In this document: positions 1 to 5,764 of the stretch, piece by piece
Layout of the letters: the number at the start of each line of letters is the position of its first letter
How positions within the stretch are numbered: the stretch's first letter is position 1
DNA from: a virus
Taxonomy: Duplodnaviria; Heunggongvirae; Uroviricota; Caudoviricetes
IMG/VR virus record: IMGVR_UViG_2531839668_000010
Span: 1-9,617 of that record
DNA length: 9,617 nt
Direction: 5' to 3' (one strand)
Position numbers and translations under genes: made by a program
Notes under the pieces: model-generated
What the model saw: only the letters and a program-made list of their open reading frames with translations
Database searches by the model: none
What the model was told of the DNA's origin: nothing

Positions 1-219
1 TTACATCCACATAATTTGCTGCCCTGACGGCAACGGGTGCGGCCTTACGGCGTGGACTTCTCCCGGCTTCACGATGTATCGCTGTACCGACTCATAAGTG
101 ATGAACGTGGCGCTGCAATTCACGTTCTGACACTGGTGATAACGCTCTTTTGTCGTGTCAGTGATATAGCGACTTGTACGCGCATGTGCGGCATGCTGGC
201 ATAAAGGACAATGAAACAT
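1..219 (-). CDS. ogr: Ogr, zinc-finger late-gene transcriptional activator (P2 Ogr/Delta family), 72 aa
   Basis: Minus-strand ORF ending in TAA at 3..1. Translation from the ATG at 219..217 reads MFHCPLCQHAAHARTSRYITDTTKERYHQCQNVNCSATF...QQIMWM, which matches P2 Ogr as I recall it, including the CxxC-x22-CxxxxC zinc-binding cysteines. The ORF-track start at 294 is a TTG extension that runs through the predicted promoter, so I do not use it. A GGAAGAGG Shine-Dalgarno-like motif lies about 8 nt upstream of the ATG at 219. Confidence 0.9.
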   Translation of the reverse strand: MFHCPLCQHAAHARTSRYITDTTKERYHQCQNVNCSATFITYESVQRYIVKPGEVHAVRPHPLPSGQQIMWM

Positions 220-253
220 CGCGAGCACCTCTTCCGGTTTTGTTGATGGTGCC

Positions 254-282
254 ATTTTAGTTAATTTATCCTTATAAAACAA
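254..282 (-). promoter_or_regulatory. Putative sigma70 promoter for ogr (-35 TTGTTT, 17-bp spacer, -10 TAAAAT)
   Basis: Read on the minus strand: TTGTTT at 282..277, a 17-nt spacer, and TAAAAT at 259..254, about 35 nt upstream of the ogr ATG. This is a motif match only; ogr is known to have its own promoter in P2. Confidence 0.4.
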
Positions 283-300
283 ACAGATAAACAATAGACA

Positions 301-1464
301 TCACTCATCACCTTCTGTTTCGTACTCCACATCAGAAAGCCTGACCTCAAGCTCTAAGGACGTCGTGAAGCCGCTATTATTCAGAAAATGTGTCACCTTA
401 GTGATTGTCCAGTCCTGCTCGTCTATGACGCGCTTAAAGCCTGACACTTTAACCGGTGTTTCCGTGTAAATATCTGCCCGACCGGTAGCCAGGCTGATGG
501 AGAACTCCGCAACGCCCCGTTGCAGTTTATCCCACTTCGCCTGAGCGGCGCGCATGGCCTGCGCTTTCGTGGCATATACCGTGGTCAGGGCAAAAACGTT
601 GTCAGCCTCACCGGCCATGTATTCACCTTCACGCGCTTCCGGTACTTTAGGCGCTTTCTTCTGCCTGACCGGTTTCGCTTTCGGGTGCTCCAGTGCGCGC
701 AGGTGTTTCTCTTTCTTTTTGCGTTTCAGTTTTACCTTCTGCTTTTGAGGCTTCGGGTCTTTGGTGTGTAACCACTTTGCCGTTACGCCGGTGTAGGCTC
801 CACGGTCAGCAATCGCAAAATGATGGCGGTCGCCGTCGCTGCGGGTTATGGTGACCTGCGGGATTTTTTTACCGCTGGACGTCACCCCCTGCCCCGCTTT
901 GAGAAACAACAGTTTTCCCATTTTTACCGACACCTCACCGCCGTTGCGTTCAGCAAGGCGGGTCAGGAATTTTGCATCAGACTCCTGCGACTGGTCGATG
1001 TGCGGGATTTTAATTCCGGCCAGTGACGGAGCGACACTGGCTTCCAGCCTGTTACGGGAGGCTATCGCCTCAACAATCGCACCGAGCGTGGTGTCATGCC
1101 AGGAGCCTTCACGGCGGGAATTGAGCGTCCCGCGAAAATCTGCACTCCGGGCGCGGATGGTGACCACATCCGGAGCGCCCCGGTGTTCAACCTCATCAAC
1201 GGTAAATGTCCCTTTGCATACCAGGGCAAAACCTTTCCAGCCGATATAAACCGTCAGGACAGCGCCACGAACCGGCAGCCCGACCTGCCCGTCGGCATCG
1301 TTCAGTTCAATATCAAGCTGGTCAGCCTCAAAGCCCCGGTTATCCGTCAGGGTCATACTCATCAGACGGTCGCTGATATTGCCGGTAATATCCCTGCTGT
1401 CGAGCATCAGCATGTAATCCGGCGTCAGCGTACTGCCTGCATCAAATGTCAGCGCATCCAGCAT
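301..1464 (-). CDS. D: Phage tail protein D (P2 gpD, late control gene D family), 387 aa
   Basis: Full-length minus-strand ORF with ATG at 1464..1462 and stop at 303..301. Length and sequence (MLDALTFDAGSTLTPDYMLMLDSRDITGNISDRL...) match P2 gpD as I recall it. Its start overlaps the U stop (TAATG), indicating translational coupling, and it lies upstream of ogr as in P2. Confidence 0.9.
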   Translation of the reverse strand: MLDALTFDAGSTLTPDYMLMLDSRDITGNISDRLMSMTLTDNRGFEADQLDIELNDADGQVGLPVRGAVLTVYIGWKGFALVCKGTFTVDEVEHRGAPDVVTIRARSADFRGTLNSRREGSWHDTTLGAIVEAIASRNRLEASVAPSLAGIKIPHIDQSQESDAKFLTRLAERNGGEVSVKMGKLLFLKAGQGVTSSGKKIPQVTITRSDGDRHHFAIADRGAYTGVTAKWLHTKDPKPQKQKVKLKRKKKEKHLRALEHPKAKPVRQKKAPKVPEAREGEYMAGEADNVFALTTVYATKAQAMRAAQAKWDKLQRGVAEFSISLATGRADIYTETPVKVSGFKRVIDEQDWTITKVTHFLNNSGFTTSLELEVRLSDVEYETEGDE

Positions 1465-1943
1465 TATCCCGCCCCCGTCATACCCGTGAATTTAGTCGCC
1501 AGACTGCCAGCCTTACCGATGAGCGATTCCGCCTGTTTACCGATATCGCCATAAAGCGCGGCCAGTGATTCATCAACGCGGGTGAGTGACAGCGTAAAAT
1601 CAATTTTCCGGGGTGTGCCGTCTGCAAAGAAAATACTCCCTGTTTCACTCACCTTGCTGATGACATACATGCCGTAAATCATGCCCGTGCCATCCAGCAA
1701 CGGCCACGCCCGGCCTTCCTCTGCCATCAGTCTGAGCGTGGTCATCGTCAGCTTTCCGCCGGTCAGTTCAGGATAAAGCACACCGGCAAGCGTGATGTTT
1801 TCCTCACCCGCACCGAGAAACTGAAAGGCATCCCGTTTGCCGATACGGGAATTTGACGGCCAGCGATAATCTGATTCACGCTGCATGGTCTGGTGTGGCA
1901 GCGTCTGGCGCATAAAAACAAACATACCTAACGCGAGCATCAT
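1464..1943 (-). CDS. U: Phage tail protein U (P2 gpU), 159 aa
   Basis: Minus-strand ORF with ATG at 1943..1941 and TAA at 1466..1464 overlapping the D start. The length of 159 aa and the U-D-ogr synteny match P2. Confidence 0.85.
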   Translation of the reverse strand: MMLALGMFVFMRQTLPHQTMQRESDYRWPSNSRIGKRDAFQFLGAGEENITLAGVLYPELTGGKLTMTTLRLMAEEGRAWPLLDGTGMIYGMYVISKVSETGSIFFADGTPRKIDFTLSLTRVDESLAALYGDIGKQAESLIGKAGSLATKFTGMTGAG

Positions 1944-1944
1944 T

Positions 1945-2232
1945 TTTCGTTACACGCCGGAAATGAAAACCGCAATGGTGCTCAAGGCAAAAGACGTCAT
2001 CCGCCGTGGCTGTCTGGAATATGACGTCAGCGCCACCGACATCACCAGCTCGTTTATGGCTATCCGCAAGACCATGACCAGCAGCGGACGCAGCGCCACT
2101 TATGAGGCCAGCCGCAGCGAGGAAGCCAGCCACGCCGACCTCGCCTGGGCGACCATGCATGCCCTGTTAAATGAGCCACTCACCGCCGGTATCAGCACCC
2201 CGCTGACATCCACCATTCTGGAGTTTTACTGA
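1945..2232 (+). pseudogene. P: C-terminal remnant (~95 codons) of the terminase large/ATPase subunit gene P (P2 gpP), 5'-truncated
   Basis: A plus-strand frame is open from 1870 to TGA at 2230..2232, and that stop overlaps the Q start codon (TGATG), the coupled P-Q arrangement expected in P2. The sequence ...RSEEASHADLAWATMHALLNEPL resembles the C-terminal nuclease-domain end of large terminases. The frame cannot extend upstream of 1870 and the U start lies at 1943, so at most ~95 codons of P remain (P2 gpP is roughly 590 aa). The assignment rests on synteny and motif resemblance, not on an alignment. Confidence 0.5.
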
Positions 2233-3266
2233 TGAGCAAGAAAAAAGGGAAAACACCGCAGCCAGCGGTGAAAACAATGACCGCCAGCGCCCCGAAAATG
2301 GAGGCATTCACCTTTGGTGAGCCGGTGCCGGTACTCGACCGCCGTGACATTCTGGATTACGTCGAGTGCATCAGTAACGGCAGATGGTATGAGCCACCGG
2401 TCAGCTTTACCGGTCTGGCAAAAAGCCTGCGTGCTGCCGTGCATCACAGCTCACCGATTTACGTCAAACGCAATATTCTGGCCTCGACATTTCTCCCGCA
2501 CCCGTGGCTTTCCCAGCAGGATTTCAGCCGCTTTGTGCTGGATTTTCTGGTGTTCGGTAATGCGTTTCTGGAAAAGCGTTACAGCACCACCGGTAAGGTC
2601 ATCAGACTGGAAACCTCACCGGCAAAATATACCCGCCGTGGCGTGGAGGAGGATGTTTACTGGTGGGTGCCGTCCTTCAACGAGCCGACAGCTTTCACGC
2701 CCGGCTCCGTGTTTCACCTGCTGGAGCCGGATATTAATCAGGAGCTGTACGGCCTGCCGGAATATCTCAGCGCCCTTAATTCTGCCTGGCTGAATGAATC
2801 AGCCACACTGTTCCGCCGCAAGTATTACGAAAACGGCGCTCATGCCGGATACATCATGTACGTCACTGATGCCGTGCAGGATCGCAACGATATCGAAATG
2901 CTCCGCGAAAACATGGTGAAGTCGAAAGGCCGCAACAACTTTAAAAATCTGTTCCTCTATGCCCCACATGGGAAAGCCGACGGCATTAAAATTATCCCGC
3001 TCAGTGAGGTCGCAACGAAGGACGATTTTTTTAATATCAAAAAAGCCAGCGCCGCTGACCTGCTGGACGCGCACCGCATCCCCTTTCAGTTGATGGGAGG
3101 CAAGCCGGAGAACGTCGGGTCGCTGGGTGATATTGAGAAAGTGGCAAAGGTCTTTGTCCGCAATGAGCTTATCCCGTTACAGGACAGGATTCGGGAAATA
3201 AACGGCTGGCTCGGTCAGGAGGTCATCCGCTTTAAAAACTACTCACTGGACACTGACAACGACTGA
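2232..3266 (+). CDS. Q: Portal (capsid portal) protein, P2 gpQ, 344 aa
   Basis: Complete plus-strand ORF with ATG at 2232 and a GGAG motif 9 nt upstream. The sequence (MSKKKGKTPQPAVKTMTASAPKMEAFTFGEPVPVLDRRDILDYVECISNGRWYEPP...) and length match P2 gpQ as I recall it. It lies next to cos and is oriented away from it, as in P2. Confidence 0.9.
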   Translation: MSKKKGKTPQPAVKTMTASAPKMEAFTFGEPVPVLDRRDILDYVECISNGRWYEPPVSFTGLAKSLRAAVHHSSPIYVKRNILASTFLPHPWLSQQDFSRFVLDFLVFGNAFLEKRYSTTGKVIRLETSPAKYTRRGVEEDVYWWVPSFNEPTAFTPGSVFHLLEPDINQELYGLPEYLSALNSAWLNESATLFRRKYYENGAHAGYIMYVTDAVQDRNDIEMLRENMVKSKGRNNFKNLFLYAPHGKADGIKIIPLSEVATKDDFFNIKKASAADLLDAHRIPFQLMGGKPENVGSLGDIEKVAKVFVRNELIPLQDRIREINGWLGQEVIRFKNYSLDTDND

Positions 3267-3270
3267 ACAT

Positions 3271-3293
3271 CGCCGCCTGCGGGCGGCTTTTTT
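3271..3293 (+). terminator. Rho-independent terminator downstream of Q
   Basis: GC-rich hairpin GCCGCC-TGCG-GGCGGC (3272-3287) followed directly by a T6 run (3288-3293), 5 nt after the Q stop codon. Confidence 0.65.
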
Positions 3294-3435
3294 ACAACCC
3301 GCCATCACGCCCTCACACGCTCACCACCGCACAAAACAGCCCGCAGACACACCAACGCCCCGGCTAACAATCTAAACGCCATCACGACGCGCTCAGACGC
3401 TGAAAAAATAAAATCAGCACCACCGCCAGCGCGCA

Positions 3436-3454
3436 GTGCTTTCCCCGCCTCGCC
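3436..3454. other. P2-type cos site (19-nt cohesive-end sequence, joined form)
   Basis: The plus strand reads GTGCTTTCCCCGCCTCGCC, the reverse complement of the P2 19-nt cohesive end GGCGAGGCGGGGAAAGCAC as I recall it. It lies about 170 nt beyond the Q stop, the same relative position as at the P2 left end. Confidence 0.75.
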
Positions 3455-3541
3455 CGCCCGCTTCATGGGGCAGTTTGAATGCAGTTGAATCACTATCTTT
3501 AACCCGCACCAACACTACCTGAAGCTCATCAAAAAGATATT

Positions 3542-3580
3542 TTGAAACAAATGCATTATCATGCAACGTAACCATACAAT
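3542..3580 (+). promoter_or_regulatory. Candidate promoter region for the cargo ORF (TTGAAA -35-like at 3542-3547; TACAAT -10-like at 3575-3580)
   Basis: AT-rich region upstream of the cargo ATG at 3620 with individually good hexamers, but their spacing is not canonical. A strong AGGA ribosome-binding site lies at 3611-3614. Confidence 0.25.
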
Positions 3581-3619
3581 ATTGAGAATTGTGTTCTAGA
3601 AAAATCCAGAAGGAAAAAC

Positions 3620-4414
3620 ATGCAGATCAAAAAAGGAACAGTCTGGCATACTTACACAACCCAGTCACCAACATATGACAATGCGGAGGAAACTGCATCG
3701 CAATTAATCAAAACAGGTATGTTTTTGGCGATTTTAACCCCTGATAACACTTTTAAGTGTCTTTCAGGCTGTAATGTGTTATCAACAAAGTTATCAATGA
3801 AATACGAGAATAATGGAGTTAGCGTCAATTTGGGTGATGCTAATTTTTTAAACTCTCCCGGCTTATGCGATTTAACAATCCATTCATTCTACAATTGTAT
3901 CAACTTGAGACTATCAGAAAACAAACTATTCCATATCACAGAGCAATCATATTACAACAACATTATTTGTTGTCAAAAACCCATTTTATTTGGTTGCGGA
4001 GAAAATGAGTTTTTCTTAATTCCAATAATACGCCTATATCGAAATGGCATATCCCATATAACTTTCATCGACGAAGAACGTTATGATAATGAATTAAATT
4101 ATTTCATTGACACAAAAATAAATCTCCCTTTTAATGCCAGCAGTTCAATCATTGCCAGCACGGAGTATACAAACAGAGTCATTGAGCTTGACTTATCACC
4201 AATGAATTTGGTCCAGCGAGTTATAGCCAAGAGATTATTGTCAACACAAATCAAACAGGTGGAAGTAAAATCAAGAGATATATCTTGCGACAACTTAACA
4301 ATCAATGGAAAATATATTAACTACGCAAAAGAATTTGAACTACAAAATAGCTTAAGCGATATCGCTCGCACCACAATAGCAATAATTCACAACACATTAA
4401 GAAAAAAACACTAA
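3620..4414 (+). CDS. Hypothetical protein, 264 codons: N-terminal segment of a frameshift-split low-GC cargo ORF of unknown function
   Basis: ATG at 3620 preceded by AGGA with a 5-nt spacer. GC is about 30-40%, against about 55% in the flanking phage genes. I find no Walker A, HUH, reverse-transcriptase or other motif I recognise. The frame ends at TAA 4412-4414, just after an A7 run (4402-4408). Confidence 0.7.
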   Translation: MQIKKGTVWHTYTTQSPTYDNAEETASQLIKTGMFLAILTPDNTFKCLSGCNVLSTKLSMKYENNGVSVNLGDANFLNSPGLCDLTIHSFYNCINLRLSENKLFHITEQSYYNNIICCQKPILFGCGENEFFLIPIIRLYRNGISHITFIDEERYDNELNYFIDTKINLPFNASSSIIASTEYTNRVIELDLSPMNLVQRVIAKRLLSTQIKQVEVKSRDISCDNLTINGKYINYAKEFELQNSLSDIARTTIAIIHNTLRKKH

Positions 4415-5232
4415 AAGATATTTTATTTGGCAGAAAAACAACAGACTTCTATCATGGATGGCAAGGGAAACCTAATATTTATATTTTTAGCCATGACAAC
4501 CAAAAAAGCAACGCCAATAAAAATAGCAAATACAACAAACAATTAATATCTTCACTATTAAGCAAGAGCACTTTTTTTAATGATGAAAAAGACAAGCAAA
4601 ATCACATCGACCTCAGAGTATTTAATGACTTTAATTATTATTCAGAGCAAGGAGCAACCCTCACACTATGTTCAAAAAAAGTAGAATTTAAAAACATCAC
4701 AGATTCGTATTCCGAATCAAATATCATATGGGACAACCAAGTAAAAAGTGACCTGAGAGATTTTATATCTTTTTTTTACGAATCCAAAATAGAACAAGTC
4801 AAGAATGAGAACAACCATATTGGCCTAGCCACAACCCAAGAGGAAATCATTCAATTTGAGGAATGGTTAAGAGTCTTTTCAAAAAAATATGGAGAAATAC
4901 AAAACATTATATCCAACAACGTCCAGTCAAATGATTTAGAACTGGCTCGAAAGAACCTTGCCAAAATGTTAAAATCAAGAATGCAAGTTATAAAACTAAA
5001 AGATGCAAGCAAAAACGAAATAAGCAACAGGAATATTACTATAACGTTTGGCTTAGTTGCCTCAACATCTCTCTCACCTGTGATAACGAAACCACTCTTT
5101 GAAAACTCAGGTATTACCAAGATAATAAAACATCTTAATCTAGGTGGCTATACAGAAACCATTTATTATATTTTTTCCGCTATTTTTGTATCAGTAGTAT
5201 TATTGTTCATCAATAAACTCAACAGAAAATAA
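4408..5232 (+). CDS. Continuation of the cargo ORF in the -1 frame (~274 codons, no start codon of its own before 4966); predicted C-terminal transmembrane helix
   Basis: My manual translation shows this frame free of stop codons from 4351 to TAA at 5230-5232 (293 codons), in sequence where stops should be frequent. It contains no ATG, GTG or TTG until 4966, so the 88-aa ORF in the track (4966..5232) is only the tail of a longer coding frame. It overlaps the end of the upstream frame across 4351-4414. The C-terminus ...TIYYIFSAIFVSVVLLFINKL is a hydrophobic stretch of helix length. Confidence 0.6.
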   Translation, partial: TLKDILFGRKTTDFYHGWQGKPNIYIFSHDNQKSNANKNSKYNKQLISSLLSKSTFFNDEKDKQNHIDLRVFNDFNYYSEQGATLTLCSKKVEFKNITDSYSESNIIWDNQVKSDLRDFISFFYESKIEQVKNENNHIGLATTQEEIIQFEEWLRVFSKKYGEIQNIISNNVQSNDLELARKNLAKMLKSRMQVIKLKDASKNEISNRNITITFGLVASTSLSPVITKPLFENSGITKIIKHLNLGGYTETIYYIFSAIFVSVVLLFINKLNRK

Positions 5233-5764
5233 TCTCCTACCCCTGCGTTTATAAGTGGGGGTATAAATTACAAAATAGAACCTACATACCCATAACAAAA
5301 TAAATGATTTTTCATCAGAGGGCTTACACTCTCTTTGCACGCCAGTCACAACATCTTACTCTATTTCAAGGAACTATCTTCTTTACTGATGATTTTGTTT
5401 TCTTATACCATGCATTAACCCCCCAGGATTTTCCCGAAACCTCATAGCCATATTAGTGAATAACACCGCCATCAGACAAAATAAGCATCTATGACACATG
5501 AGAATTAATCCGCTTGACACAAGAAGCACCCACCCTGTGATTTTTGAAACATTAACTGATTATTTTTATTACTTGGCTCACGATGAGTTATACTTCGACA
5601 GAAGGTCACTCACAATGATTTTCTTAGCCAAATTAGATGCTCTTTTATATTTGAGTTAAATTACATGCTAACGATTCAATATAATTTAGTCTTCTATTTC
5701 AGTATACTATTGACCTTCTTCTGCCTTAGAGTCGCTCTGCATACCAAATTAGTTGTGTTTTTAC

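Noticed and set aside
520-1554. Plus-strand ORFs of 64-152 aa (520..771, 554..748, 820..1026, 848..1249, 1096..1554) inside the D gene
   Set aside because: They are antisense shadow frames within the well-supported gpD coding region, with odd arginine/cysteine-rich composition and no ribosome-binding sites.
1876-3074. ORFs 1876..2160 (-), 2226..2447 (-), 2314..2793 (+) and 2799..3074 (-) overlapping the P remnant and Q
   Set aside because: They are alternative-frame or antisense shadows of the P remnant and portal gene; Q accounts for the coding signal here.
3305-3493. 62-aa minus-strand ORF spanning the cos region
   Set aside because: It overlaps the conserved non-coding cos region and the cos site itself, and its composition is dominated by Ala, Gly and Arg from GC-rich non-coding sequence.
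4402-4408. Programmed -1 ribosomal frameshift at A_AAA_AAA as the explanation for the split cargo ORF
   Set aside because: Not excluded, but I see no downstream stimulatory stem-loop or pseudoknot and no upstream Shine-Dalgarno-like stimulator. A homopolymer indel, either a real mutation or a sequencing error, is the simpler explanation.
4360-4700. Possible HEPN-like Rx6H (RTTIAIIH) and PD-(D/E)xK-like (HID...VEFK) motifs in the cargo protein
   Set aside because: Such short motifs occur by chance at this frequency in a protein of this size and composition, so a nuclease call cannot be supported without structure or profile evidence.
4099-5120. Minus-strand ORFs 4099..4305 and 4851..5120 inside the cargo coding region
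   Set aside because: They are antisense to the long plus-strand frame, which has a strong ribosome-binding site and sustained stop-free length.
5238-5263. Inverted repeat TACCCC-N14-GGGGTA just after the cargo stop codon, as a terminator
   Set aside because: The loop is about 14 nt and there is no following U-tract, so it does not meet intrinsic-terminator criteria.
5304-5447. 47-codon plus-strand ORF in the AT-rich spacer, and a 38-codon minus-strand ORF at about 5386-5499
   Set aside because: Neither has a Shine-Dalgarno motif or a recognisable feature; ORFs of this size are expected by chance.
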